Source of the DNA: Girardia tigrina
Taxonomy: Eukaryota
Length of the DNA: 64,000 bases
NCBI GenBank assembly: GCA_001938485.1
Contig: MQRK01213622.1
Span: 8,182-72,181 of the forward strand
Reading direction: 5' to 3'
Position numbers and translations under genes: made by a program. Below, piece by piece: positions 26,283 to 39,746 of this stretch; within the stretch, counting starts at the first letter, position 1; each line of letters opens with the position of its first letter. A model generated the notes under the pieces. The model was not told the origin of the DNA. It saw only the letters and a program-made list of their open reading frames with translations, and searched no databases.

Positions 26283-26510
26283 CAAAACGTTCGCTAACAC
26301 CAAATGCAGCCTTGTAAAAACAAGTCAGAACCTGAGACCATACATCACAAATGGAAGTTATAGCTTCAAAAAAACCACTGTTTAATATTAATGGAATTTA
26401 TAATCATAACACAATGTCTTCATCAATGTCAGGGTCCCAAACATGAGTTTTTGCTCTATTAGAAAATACTAATGACTCAAATTAGAACCTAGTGGTAGTA
26501 AACGTGTTAA
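26283..26510. mobile_element. Possible piggyBac-type MITE
   Basis: AACGTTCGCTAAC...GGTAGTAAACGTG|TTAA imperfect inverted ends. Confidence 0.3.
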
Positions 26511-26587
26511 AATACAAATTAAATATATTAAATATATAATATAAAATTATTTTCATTAATTATAACACAGTAAATACGTGTTCTATA

Positions 26588-26880
26588 TGTAAGGAATGTT
26601 TGGGATATTTTGTGTTTGAATGTTGTTTTTCAGATTGTGCCTCTGCTACCCAGATAGCTGATTAGTATTTTCATTCTTATTATATGAAACTAATTCAATT
26701 TAAATATAGATTTAAATGTATTTTTAATTTATTATGATTGTAAAACTTTAAAATGATTGGATGAACCTTATTGTAAATTTATAAGTAAATAAATGTAATT
26801 AATATTTTTTAAATAATAATAAATAATTCGTAAATATTTAGCAGGATCTTAATGTGTGAAATTGATTCAAGCAATTACAT
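26588..26880 (+). mobile_element. Family X copy, 3' end unclear
   Basis: TGTAAGGAATGTTT start. Motif GATTGTGCCTCTGCTACCCAGATAG. Confidence 0.65.
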
Positions 26881-26901
26881 AAGCATATATATATATATAT
26901 A

Positions 26902-28847
26902 CAGTTATTCCCGCCTATTCTGCAATCCCCGCCCAATTTGCGCTAAAATCATCAAATTATGAATTTTTGGCAGATTTGACTCATATTTTAATGAAAATTT
27001 CTCAATCTGCCAATCCCCGTTTAATCCGCGTTTAAAAAAACAATTTTAAAATTTATTAGTATTATTTTTATCAAGTTTATAAAGATTTTCGATGAATTCA
27101 TCACTTTCGTAATTAATTTCGTCATTTTAAAGTTGTTTAATATTTTTTTAATAAATTTGTTTTAATATTATTCTTTAAAATGGGAATTCATTTAAGTTTT
27201 GATCAAAAAGAAGAAATAATTCAATATAAGAAGAAATTTAAGAAGACAACACACGCTCAATTGAAGTGTTATTTTGATGAGAAGTTTAAAAAGAATATAG
27301 ACCTTCGAACAATTGGTGAAATTTTGAAGAATGAAGAGTCTATATTTGCTGCAGCGGCCAATACGACGGCCGGAACAAAGAAAATTGTACAACCAGCATA
27401 TCCAGATTTAGAAAAAGCCTTAGAATTATGGTGTGATAATCAAGAAGCAATTAGCAATCCAATAACTGAAGCAATAATTATCTCTCAGGCAGAATTCTTT
27501 GCAGCGGAGGTTAATATAGAGAATTACAGTATGTCAAACGGTACTCTGTCGCGTTTTAAGAGGAGAATAGGAATGAAAGCAAGAAAAGTGCAAGGCGAGA
27601 TGGCTAATGTTAAAATTAATAATTTTTCTCAAGAAATAGAATCGATTAAAATTTTAATGTCTAATTACGATTCAAGTGATATTTTTAATATGGATGAAAC
27701 TGGGCTTTACTATCGCTCAGTTCCCATCCGATCTAATTCTAATCTAAATTCTAATCTATTAAAGGAAATAAAAATTACTTTCAAGAATAACCTTGGTATT
27801 TTGTGTTTCTTTAACAGGTGAAAAACTTCCACCTTTTATGATTGATACAGCAATAAAGCCGCGTTCTTTTAATTCTTTCAATTTTAAAGATTACATAGAA
27901 TACGGTTCCTCGAGAAATGGATGGATGACCTCTACATTGTATAAATCGTGGATAACAAAATTAAATCAAAAAATGACAAAACAAAATAGAAAAATTATTT
28001 TATTAGTTGATAACTGTCCAAGTCACACGCAGATTCCTTTGCCAAATGTTAAAATAGCTTTTCTGCCTCCAAACACAACGGGCTTATTGCATCCATTGGA
28101 CTTGGGTGTAATAAGATGATTTAAATGTTTTTTAGAAAACAGCAAATGCTCAAAGTGCTGACATTTATTAATTCAGAAATTTCCGTTTTTGATGCATACA
28201 GAAATCTTACTTTAAAGATGTTGTGCTGTTAATACACTTTGCCTGGGATAAAGTGACAAAACAGATAATTTCTCAATGTTGGAAACAATCTCCGATAACA
28301 ATGAAGATTTATTATCCAGAAGGGGCGAAACTTGTTGAAATTGACATGTCAGAACTAAAGGAATTATCCTTGAGTTAAATTTACCAGGTATCATATCTGT
28401 TGACGAGATTGTTCATAATCAAGAAGAAAATGTGACATTTGAACGGAAATCACATGAAGAAATTGTAGCATTTATTAAAAATGGAAAGAATCGAGATGAA
28501 GAAAATCAAACAGAAAATAAAGAATTTATTCATATCAGAAGATCTACTCCATATGATTTCAAGAAAATATTTACAGCAAATTATGAAATTATAAAAGTTT
28601 TAGAGAATGAGGAGTGTGTTGATAAAAACGTTGTAAAAAATGCTTATTCTTTGTTGGAATATGTGCGAAAAAGATCAAAATCAGAAAAACAGACAAATAC
28701 ACTTGATAATTATTTTATGAAAAAGTATTTTAATCAATAAATGTTATTAAATTTCTTCAGTTCTTTTTCAATCGGCCTACCCCGCTCAATCCGCCAAATT
28801 CTTAAAAACCCCGTTTCATTTCTAAGCGGATTAGGTGGGGACAACTG
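26902..28847 (+). mobile_element. Tigger/pogo DNA transposon, full length with frameshifted transposase (27180-28740)
   Basis: TIRs CAGTTATTCCCGCCTA / TAGGTGGGGACAACTG within (TA)n. CENP-B HTH, NMDETGLYY, LLVDNCPSH, FLPPNTTGLLHPLDLGVI, C-terminal QTNTLDNYF. Confidence 0.93.
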
Positions 28848-29029
28848 TATATATATATATACAATAGTTCCTTTCGAAATATTGTTTTATAATGAGACCG
28901 GTCAGTTAAGTAGAGCAGTAGGCTTGTGTGTCAGCTCTATTTAACTGTGGGATCACAGTAAAATGTCAAAATATTAAATCCGGCTATATATATTATTATT
29001 TTGATTCAATGACAATTTATTAAAGAAGC

Positions 29030-29370
29030 ACAGAAATCAAAGTAAATCATATTTCTCAAACCAAACAAAAACTTAATTGTGTCCAAGCTAATTTAGTTAA
29101 GCCATTTAAATGTCACGAGTGAGAATCCTTGTACATTGAAGAAACTGATCAAGTAGTAAGAGAAGAAAAAAAAAAGATGGAAATGCTTGTTGAAGAATTC
29201 CAATTACTAACGATTGTCTTAACTTGAAAATTGTGAAATAAAAGAAAACCTAACCACTTTCTTGATTTTTATATGTTGATGTGAATCTTAGAAAACATTT
29301 CAAAAGTACACGATAACAAAAAAGATATCTTCAAATCTAATCTTCCTCGTTTTGAAGGTATGGTCAAGTA
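29030..29370 (+). mobile_element. Decayed PLE GIY-YIG fragment
   Basis: NLVKPFKCHE*ESLYIEET resembles LVY.F.C..C...YIGET. Confidence 0.5.
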
Positions 29371-29806
29371 TCTTTTTATTGTAATCAATAAATTAATTAA
29401 AGAGAAGTTATAAACATTGCTTCAGAAAGAATAAGTAATAAAAAATTATCTCCGTAAAATATATAAAAATTAATAAAAGCAATTTATAGGAAGAAATAGT
29501 TAATGTACTAATATTAAATATTTAATGAATGTATTATGAAGAAGAATTACAATCATAATTTCAATATTTTTAATTCGTTTAATTTATTTCATTCCATGGA
29601 AGATGAAAATTAAAGAGACAGCAGATTTACTTGCCCTGAATTTCTTATGAACTACTTAAAACTTGTATTTTTCATTTAAAATAAATGTAGATATATAATG
29701 CTGAAGTTTTAAATATGAATGTAAAAGTTGTTTATTCTAATGACTCATTATGAAAACGAATGTTACTTTTATTATTTTATTCTTGTTTTTAATGCAGTTT
29801 GATGAG

Positions 29807-30260
29807 TGTTAGGAAAACTCACACATTTGTTACAACACTTATTACATTCACAATTTGGATCATCTCTAATACGATCCATTGTATTGCTTACACTCATATT
29901 CACCATTAATGTTTAACATTTCTCATCGCAAAATCTGAAATAACCTGAAACGATGTATTTTATTTAAAATATTTACTTTAAATGTTATTGGTTAAAATAA
30001 AATTACTATTAATCATTTAAAAATATTAATTTGATTTTATTATTTACAAATTAAAATAAATAAAATCATTTTAATGTTTCAATTGTAATAAATTAAAAAT
30101 TTGAATATTAAAGCTAAATTTGAATAAATTAGTTTCCAATTATAAGTATTAAAATAATAAACAACCTAGCTGTGTAAGAAAGGCACAATCCCAAATCAAC
30201 ACTCAACATTCAAACTTTAAAACAACACACAAAATATCAACATTCCAAATATTCCTCACA
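29807..30260 (-). mobile_element. Solo-LTR-like unit (family X), intact ends
   Basis: Plus strand TGTTAGGA...TCCTCACA, TSD ATGAG/ATGAA, motif variant GATTGTGCCTTTCTTACACAGCTAGG. Confidence 0.8.
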
Positions 30261-30379
30261 ATGAATAAACGTTTATGTCTCAAATATTCTTAGTTTTATT
30301 AGCAAAATTACAATTTACGTGAAAAAAATTATTAAAAGCACAAACAGACTCATATTTAAAATAAGTTTCAATCGCAACA

Positions 30380-30659
30380 TGTGCGGAAAGCATCGTTCTT
30401 GTTTGTTATATTTTTATTATATTTTATATTTAAATACTATTAACTCAAAGAGATTATTATTTAAATACTAATTAATTAAAAATTTTATAATTAGAAAATT
30501 TAATAATACTTTTGAGTAAACAATTCAACTTATTAAATTTAATATTATTTAAAAACTAATTTTTAATAAAAAAATACTAAATGCATTTTTATCCAATAAA
30601 ATTTTGAGAAATGAAAGGTTACTATTATTTATATCTTATTCATTAATTAGCGATTTGAA
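30380..30659 (+). mobile_element. Partial family X copy
   Basis: TGTGCGGAA start. 30465-30660 aligns with 11503-11700. Confidence 0.55.
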
Positions 30660-30660
30660 T

Positions 30661-30848
30661 AGGGTGGGTTCGGGCAAATGCGTCAGTTTTTTACATTTTT
30701 TTAATGTATAAATTTCCACATAGTTATGATCTTCAATATTAAGTGCTACTTTTGCCGGCACAGACACTCTTTACAAACACATCTAGTCATTATTTTTTGA
30801 CCAATTAAATTGCAAAAAATCTAACCACGACGAATTGGCCCCACCCTG
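30661..30848. mobile_element. Small MITE-like unit
   Basis: AGGGTGGG...CCCCACCCT inverted ends. Confidence 0.35.
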
Positions 30849-30923
30849 GGGTAATTAATCAATGACATCAATCTCATGTGGACAAGAGAGTCACCAATCT
30901 AAACAACATACCGACAACAAACT

Positions 30924-33900
30924 AGTTAAATCTCAAGGTTCCACTTCAGGATTCATAATATCAACAAATAGAATTTATTTAATATTTACAATCTTTTAGA
31001 ATACTTAAAAAAATTAATAATCACAACTTTCCCTTCTTTTATAATTCGTTATTTACTTTCTTAATCAACTCAATTCTTCGACGAATTATGTTTCCATCTT
31101 TCAGATTCCATAGTTCTAATTGGTGTGGCGATATATGTCTTAAAATTTGGTACGGTCGATAGAATGAGAAAGTGTCCTTTCTCAGTTTTGTAGAATCTTG
31201 TTTAACAGAGACTTTCTGGTCATCCTCGAAATTTCGATTTGATCTCTTATCTCTCTCCCAATTTTCCATTCGTCTTACCGCTTTCTCTAAATTTTCTCTT
31301 ACCTTCATCTTGATCACGTTTTTCTCTTCCGTTTTAGCTATTCCTGCTGCCGCAGTTAAGTTTATTTTTCTACTAAAAACAACTTCGGAGGGCGAATATC
31401 CGGTCGTACTCTGAAGTGTTGCATTTAGACAGAATTCTATCTTCGGAACAATTTGCCACCATGATCGTTTGTCTGTGTCTGCTCTGCTTGATACAATCAT
31501 GTTTATCACTGTTCGAATAGTTTTTTCTGCCAATCCGTTTGATTTATGTTGGAATGGGCTACTAAATCTTGGTTCGATTCCATATTTCCTGCAAAAATCT
31601 TTAAATTTTCGCCAGTAAAACATTTTCCATTGTCTGTTAATATTGTTTTTGGTTTCCCATATCTATATATCCATTTTATCAACACACATTGATCTATGGT
31701 GTCTTCGTTTTGAGATCTAATCTCTGTCAAAGAGACCAATTTTGAAAACTGGTTCACCATGACCAATAGATACATGCTATTCTTGTCACCCACATATGCG
31801 ATATCTAACACGACTTGCTCAAAAAACTCGTCACTTCTTATTGGAATCAACTTCTCTTTTGTTTTTTCACTTGGAAATTTTCTGTGTATACATTCCTGAC
31901 ATTCTCCTATAACGATGTGCATCTCTTTCGCTAAATCTGGTAGCATAAAATGATTTTGGATATACTTCTTTGTCTTTTTCATACCTACATGACATAAATC
32001 TCTGTGTATTTTCCTGATGAAATCTCTTCTAATTTGCTTCGGAACCAATGGTAACACACAATTGCCTTCTTGCCTATCCCATAACCCATTCTGATAAACT
32101 AATTGGTCCTTTAGTTGTAATAACTCCTTGGTGATTTCATTCTTTTCACCCTCTGCCCTTTCTAACAAAAAAATCAAAAAAAACGGCGGGAACTTATTCC
32201 TCAACCTAATATTTGTTTCAACTGGTTCAACTCTGAACACTTTTCTTGTTCGTCTTTAATCCATTGAATTGTAGACTGAATCCACACTGCATTGATGTGT
32301 TTCACTCTTGCTTTTGTTGATTTTGGTTCTTCGTGTTTCGTTTCACATTATGCACAAACATCGTCGTATAGCCGCGATAATCCATCTGCATTTCCATGTT
32401 CGTCACCTTTTCTATACTTCAAATCAAAGTCAAAATCAGCCATGTTTGCTAACCATATCTGGAATTTAGGAGTTATTGGTTTGGAAGTACTCTTCATATA
32501 CACCCGTGTTTTATGATCAGTTCTGGCTGTAAATCGCTTGCCATATAAATATTGCTTGAAATGTAACATGAACTCTTGTAAAGCTAATAGTTCCTTTCTT
32601 GTCACACAGTACCGTTTTTCATGTGTGGCTAAAGTCCTCGATGCATACGCGATTACTACTTCTTTCTCTTCTGATGTCTAACTAAGAACTGCTCCTATCG
32701 ATCCGAATGATGCATCTGTGTCTAAGATAAAATTATTATTCGGGTTCACAAATGCTAATATTGATGCACCACATAGCTTTTGTTTCAATTCGTTAAAACT
32801 TCTGTCGCACTCGTCTGACCAAAATATTTCTTTACATTTTCCGTTGAATGCACTGTGCAAAGGTACAGCTAATTCTGCGTAATTCTTGATAAATCGTCGA
32901 TAGTAGTTACACAGACCTAAAAATGCTCGTAAATTACGAGTACACTTTGGAATCGGAAAATTTTGAATTTCTGCCACTTTCAATTTATTTGTTGAGATAC
33001 CTTCTTTGTTAATTGTATGTCCCAGAAATACCAGCTCCCCCACTCCGAATTTGCATTTCCCTGGGTTGACTTTTAAACCTGCTTTATTCAGTATATTCAG
33101 TACTTCTTCTAATAGTGTCATATGATCCTTCATTGATTTTGAGTAAATTAAGACATGATCTAGGTATATTTCTACTCCAGAGAATAGTAAATCTTCAAAT
33201 AATGAATTCATTATTCTCTGAAACGATCCGGGTGCTGTTGAAAGTCTAAACGATACACGGTTAAAACAATACTGCTGTGTTCTTGTGCAAAACGCAGTCT
33301 TTTCTTGAGAACTTTCATCCAATGTTACTTGATGGTATGTTTTGCCGAAATGTAAAAAATTCTAGAGCCACCCAGAGCATCCATTAACATTTTGCTGTCT
33401 GACATTGGAAAGAGACTTTCTTTGATACATCATTCAATTTTCTAAATCTCAAAAAATTCGAATACTTCCATCTTTCTTTGGCGTAATGACTAATGGGGAG
33501 TTCCATTCACTTTTACATTTCCAATTAATCCTGCCTTTTCTAATCCCTTCAAAAATCCTTCGATTTGACTTTCTAAAAGAATTAATTGCCTTGGATTCAG
33601 AAAAAAATCGGTTTACTTTCTGTTTCAATTTTATGGACTACAATATCCCAAATCGTATTCATGTTTCATGAAAACATCATCATATCATTTCACGAGGTCT
33701 TCCAGTCTTTTGTTTTACTCTTGCAGTTTCATATCTTTCTCCACTATCACAACTGATTTCTTGGTAGTTTTTTCAAGTTTGATTCCGAATTTATGCATGA
33801 CATTAACACATCCAATGACTGCCGGTCGGATTGCTTTCATCACTAAAAAATCTATCGCATGGCATTCTTCTTTCCATTTCAACTTCACAGTCATTTTTCC

Positions 33901-35046
33901 CAAATACTTATGGCCTTCTGAAAACGCTCCATTTAGTATAATTGGGCTCTTTTCTACTCTGGGTTGTCCGATTTCCAACCATTATTTCTCACTAATAACT
34001 GAAACACCCGCTCCACTATCCCACAACATTAATACATTGTGATTGTTCGGATTAACATCGCTCCACCATCTACCATCTGACCCCTCTACTATCTCAACAA
34101 TTCGATTTTTTGGATATTTTATGCCAACACCACAGACAAAATGCTCTCCATGGAGTCTCTTGCATTTAAATCATCTTCATATTCATCTTTATATGATACG
34201 ATATCCACGTTTTCTTCATTATAGACATCTTTGATGCATATTACAATAACATTCTTAATATGATTAGAGTTTCTGAACCCATGTCCACTTTTCCACAGAT
34301 TAAACAACGATTATTTAAAGGACAATCTTTCCTCAAATGCCCATGTCTTCCACAGCAACAAAAATCACCTCTGATTAAATGCTCCTCTTCTGGAGTCGTA
34401 ATTCTCTTTATTTTACAATATAATTTCCTTGCTTCGTACCAAGCCGAATGCACCGGGCGATTATATTGTTGTTTATCTTCTGACATTCTACTGGATCCTC
34501 TCTCATTACTTTTATTAAATCTTTCCGATGGTATTCTACGTTCCGTTCTTAATATTGGTCGTCTATCATTTGCTTCATTCAATAGAGCTGTATGTATTCT
34601 ATGTTCAGGATTCTCATATCTTCTAACTTGATGTAAATGTTTTATAAATGTTTTCTGGAACCAATTTTTGGATTCCAAATCTGACATTGGTTTCTTACCC
34701 TCTTCTGTTGCATTCTCCCAAAGAATTTTCACTTTGTCTGTCATCAAATAGTTACACATTTCCGAGAATATTAACCCAAAAAATTCTGAGCATTGGCATA
34801 TGTCTCTATACCATATTTGACCTTCTTCAGTATCCATTCCATTGTATTCCTTCATTTTCTTCTCGAGGCTTTCCTTAAAGGTTGATGGCAGTTCTAGTTT
34901 AGGAAGCCTCAAAACTTTGATTGGAACACCAGCGTGGTCGCCAGTTAAATCTCCAGGTTTCACTTCAGGATTCATCATATCAACAAGGAGAATTTATTTA
35001 ATATTTGCAATCTTTTAGAATACTTAAACAAATAATAATCACACCA
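30924..35046 (-). mobile_element. Near-complete, decayed Gypsy/Ty3 LTR retrotransposon (~4.1 kb), inserted in a family X 5' end (30855-30923 + ~35051-35076)
   Basis: Two ~105-bp LTRs (30924-31028, 34943-35046). PBS TGGCGACCACG, PPT AAAAGAAGGGAA, TSD (A)AACT. Order is gag CCHC (CCCGRHGHLRKDC), PR (LWDSGAGVSVIS), RT (KTAF, EIYLDH), RNase H (LDTDAS, TDHK), INT (H..CH..C..C, TDNG, SNGLAEK). Confidence 0.95.
34933..34943 (-). promoter_or_regulatory. Primer binding site, probably tRNA-Arg
   Basis: TGGCGACCACG immediately inside the 5' LTR, complementary to the ...CGUGGUCGCCA 3' end of metazoan tRNA-Arg(UCG). Confidence 0.7.
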
Positions 35047-35904
35047 AACTCACAACATTCTGAATTTTCAATCACATTTTTTAAAAAAATAATATTATTA
35101 AATTTGTTACTTTCAAAATTTTCACTAGTAAAAATAGGCAATCGCAATTTGACTTGTGAATACAAAAAACGTTATGATTCGAATAATTACAAATTCAATT
35201 AATTTATACTACGTGAGATTTTAAATAATCAGTGAACACTGTGAAACATTTGTTGGAATGGTTAAATTTATTAATTTGTTTTATTCTATTAAATTATTAT
35301 TTTTATCAAAATAGCAAACAGTGAAGAATGAAAATCAAAAGAATGAGACCAGAAAAAAATACTCTGGAAAAAAGAGACAAGAATAAAGAGACCAGCGAAA
35401 AGAGAACTAAATAAATGAGACCCAATTGATTAAAATGACCTGTATATAAATGATAAATGGAAGGAATCCTTTTTTATGTTGTATATATCTTTTACTTAGA
35501 TTTCTGATTAATTATTTGTGTTTACTTTTATATATCTAAAACAATTTAATAATAACTCTAATGTATTGAATGATTTAAAAATTTTGAATAATTAAATTAT
35601 GATACATCTGATAAATAATTTTTTGATTTGTCAAATAATATTTTAAATAATTAAATAATGTTATTTTTTATTGTTTTTGATAATTTTATTCATAAATTTT
35701 AATAAACCATCGAGTATAAAATATGTACAATCAAAAGCAAAACGTGCAACATTAAAAATATTTTTAATATTTATCATTTATCATTAAAATATAGACCCTT
35801 TTGAATTTTGCGTTCACTAATCCATATTTAAGGTAATGATTTGATTACCCAATGTTCGAGGTTTGAAATCCATGAAAAATCTCTTGCTCAAATAGCTTCA
35901 ATTG

Positions 35905-36010
35905 TTTCAAATCCGGCACCGACTCCAACTCTGGCCGGATTTGAAATGACTGCAGACTTCGGCTCCGGCACCGACCGGATTCCAAAAAAGGAAACCGGTA
36001 CATCCATAGT
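35905..36010. mobile_element. hAT-like terminal relic with CCGG subterminal repeats
   Basis: Repeated (A)ATCCGG/CCGGAT/CCGGCACCGAC units ending ccggtacatcc. Confidence 0.45.
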
Positions 36011-36100
36011 GAACACTCATAGTCGAGTAGATCAATTAAGATCACGAAAAATGTTGTAAACCTCATCAATTTCCTTAAAAGATATTTTCAGTTTTTCTGA

Positions 36101-36276
36101 AGTATAAGGCCATCCTAAATGTGACTATTCTTGTCATTTTCTGTTTTATTGCACACTTGAATAGAAGACCTAAGTAAGGTCTTAAGTAAACAAGCAAATT
36201 TATATTCAACTTATATTAAAGTTTGCAATTAACCGAAAAATGACAAAAATAGTTATATTTAAGTTGGTCTTGTATT
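36101..36276. repeat. Old MITE-like inverted repeat
   Basis: ~58-bp degenerate inverted arms (taaggccatcctaaatgtgactattcttgtcatttt / aaaatgacaaaaatagttatatttaagttggtcttg). Confidence 0.7.
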
Positions 36277-37652
36277 CGAGAAAATCCGGTATTAAGACAC
36301 TATAATCCATTGATTAATATCAAAAATAGGAAAAGTAAAGTAAGCAATATTAAGTAGTTTAAATTAATATATGATATAAAGAAAATTCTATATATTCATA
36401 GATCATTTTAACCACCATTAGTTTTATCTGATGCGATACAATTGAAAACCTAAAGAATCAGAATGCGAGTTTCAAACCATGACTGTCTTTCCTTTGGTAT
36501 TCGACATAGGAAAAATCAGTTTGTATAGCGAATCATACAATTCTTTACATTTTTAGTATATAAACTTCAGAAGTTACCCAAAAATGGTGGTTTATATAAA
36601 CAGATAAATCTGGCTTTGATTAATTATTTGACCCCTGTCTGTTGAATTATGCATGAAGAACAAGGTATTTGGAAATGTGTTACTCTCACCCAGAATGTAA
36701 ACTGGTATATTGTTCCAGTTTGATTTAAATTTTTAATTTAAAACTTTAAATTATTTAAAGAAATTAGTAATTTGTTAAGGTATAAACTAATTTTCAAAAC
36801 CGATTAAATAAAAACATTGAAATATTATTTCAGTCAAATTTGAGATGACATTATAAATTTTTTAAAAAATTAAATTCATTATATTATTTTTTAAGTAAAC
36901 TTTTATTCTATAAATATATAAAATAATTATAATGCACAAATATTAATTTAATTATATAAAATGAAAATCTTTGTTCAAATAATTATTTTAAAACGACTCA
37001 TTCTACAATCTTATCAATTTTGCTCGATGTCGAATTACAAATGTTTTATTGAGAGTTGTCTAGAGACGCTTCGAATTGTGATAATGACAGAAGTGTTGAA
37101 TGTATAAGTGTACTTCCGTTTCGGTTTTCAACTGAGAAAAAGCCGGTTTGTATAGTGAGTCATACAAGTCTTCAATATTTTAGCATATCTACTGTAGAAG
37201 TTCTCCCCAAAAGGGTATTCTTATCTAAATAGATAAAACTTTGATGAGATAATACAGATTCCGTAAAGGTTTCTCAAGACTTACTTCACATCAATAACGA
37301 TTTTCCCTTATAAATTAAAATGAATCTTCTAATCTTGTTTCAAAATAGCAAGAATGTTTTCATTAAGCCATGCTCATGATTATTTCTCAAATTCGGAATT
37401 CTTAATGAAAATGCGGAATAATGTATTAAAATTGGCAGAATAAATACAATAATAAATTTACATTTAACTGTTAATCAATTTTTTTCAATACATGTTTTTT
37501 GTCATTAAATTTATGAGACAAAGTAAGTTTCTTTAAGACAATAAAATAAAATAATTAATAATATATTTATATAATCATATTTTGTTAAAACTGTTCATCA
37601 TTATCTTTATCTGTTCTTTTAGAATCAAAATCAAAATAGAGTTCGTTTCAAT

Positions 37653-37804
37653 ATGGGGGCCAATAATTCCAGTGCGTTTATGCCGGCCCTGTTAATCTCA
37701 CTCGTTCTCTTGGCCAGCATCATTTGTGGATTGGTCTTCGTCATTTGTGCTGTGGTTTTATGTAAATTCTGTTACGAAAGACAAAAGAATAAGAGTGGGG
37801 TTAA
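37653..37804 (+). CDS. First coding exon of a host single-pass membrane protein (exon 37623-37804)
   Basis: Acceptor ttatctgttcttttAG at 37622, donor GTAAGT at 37805, upstream donor GTAAGT at 37523. Reads MGANNSSAFMPALLISLVLLASIICGLVFVICAVVLCKFCYERQKNKSGV with no stops: ~25-aa hydrophobic stretch, Cys cluster, basic tail. Confidence 0.7.
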
Positions 37805-38399
37805 GTAAGTTTCATTTACGGAAAATAGTTTTTTAATGATAATAAGTATAAATTTAAAACATATTCACATTTTTAATACTACTAATAACAAATTTATTAT
37901 GTTTGGATCCAAAATTAAAAGAATCGGACATTAAAAAAGGTATTAGTTTAAAAAAAATAAATATTAAAATATAATAGGAATTTCAATCTAATTAATTTAT
38001 ATTTAGTGGATAAATTAATAACAACAACAAACTCAAAACATTCTAAATAATTAAAATAATAATTATTTGTTTTTAATAATTATTAATTGAGTCTTACTGT
38101 GAGTATTAATCTGACTTCCGGTTGTTAAAGACGAATTTGTATGAATGATTTTTTATTTACAATTAATAATATAATAAATAATTAAATAATAAATGTTAAC
38201 AAAACATACAATTTTTAATGTAATTTATATAAAAAATGTAAAGTAAAATTTATTTATAAAACATTTATAAAATTATGATATGGAGTTAAAATTCTTAATC
38301 AGGAAATTATACGAATAATATACTTTAAAACATAAAAGCATAAAAGGGTATAGGTTTTCAAAATTTTAAAATTCTTAAATTAAAGTTTTATTAGATTAT

Positions 38400-38940
38400 A
38401 GTGACTTTGAAATGCTATTCTAAAAATTGATCAATGATCTTCATTCAAATATTATACAGAGCGTGAAGTGAATAATAAACTTCTTTTTTGACATTCTTGT
38501 CACTAGGATGAATGGACGAAATCAAACTAAAATATATAGAATGTCGACTAATACAAGTCTCCACACAACGTTACACAGTTTTTAGGATAATAAATATATA
38601 GAAAGTTTGATAAAAGGTCGGAATCATAGAGTTTGGAAATGGTCTTCTAAATAAAAAGATGCTTTCTGGACGACATATTTACAAACGAACAAATAATTAA
38701 ATATTGAACAAAAAGAGATTTACAAAATCCAAAAATATTTATTAGCCCAATAAAATAATTAAATTATTGTATCCTGAAAGATTTAGCAAATTTAATAAAA
38801 TTATTTCCGAAAATATTGATTATGCCAAAGTGGTGTCCATGATATGCTTCGTTCAAAGCTTTCTTTCAAATAAATTGTAAATGCATTATGGGTCGCTAGC
38901 AAATCTGGTTTTTGAATTAAATTGGCGCGTGTACACTTGC
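38400..38940 (+). mobile_element. Decayed Penelope-like RT C-terminus/thumb
   Basis: INDLHSNI..EREVNNKL.FxDILVTR..TKIYR..TNT..H..SLIKG..HRVWK across frameshifts. Confidence 0.75.
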
Positions 38941-39746
38941 TTTTTGGCAAATCAGTACCATGTTGATTCATTATCTTTTTTTATTTTTTTACATTTTACA
39001 GGGGTTCTTTTCTTGCGACATCCTTTGGTACCACACATACCTTATGTATCTCATTTACCTTATACTTCATCATCCAATAAGAAGTCTTCAAAGGATGTGA
39101 ATTAATTATCTTCAACATCTAACTGTTTCACTCTATATAATAATCATTGAGACATTGACATCTGGATCGAAGTTTTCACAATTCTCTTAAACCTTCTCCA
39201 TACTGTTTGGCTAGTCTATATTCAATATTGAGTCCATGGGACTCGGATGTTCCATCGATTCGATCGGGTTTAGACTGCGGAAGCCTTAGCACTCACCATC
39301 TCTGTGGAAGGACCATTATGCCGAAGAATATTTAACGTTCGAAATTTAACTCGCAATCGCAATACTACGGATCTTCTTCGGTGCGATTAGCAGACCATAC
39401 TTAAATGATATAGAGAACGTTTTTTCAGCAGGGCTCTTCAGGAAGGATTTTTATATTTTACAACATGCTAGTCATTTTGTCGTCAATTTCAATTAATATC
39501 GTCTCTTCGTACGAAAGAATAAAGAAAACACATCTTTATCTGAAATGACAAAGATTATAAAGGTTGTCAATGATTGGTTAAAGATATCAGAATTATTGGG
39601 TATTGAATTTGTTTTGAAAATTAAATAAATTATTTTATATCCAATAATTTTAAGAAAGTTATAAAATTATTATTAATTTGTGTTTTCATGTTTTATAATA
39701 ATAATGTAAATTAACCTGACGAAGAGATTAAAATATCTTGATATAT

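Noticed and set aside
34940-34978. gag ATG inside the 5' LTR reading through the PBS
   Set aside because: The 3' LTR copy has an in-frame TGA a few codons later, so it is probably coincidental.
35841-36059. 72-aa ORF as a host gene
   Set aside because: It is explained by CCGG-repeat transposon terminal sequence.
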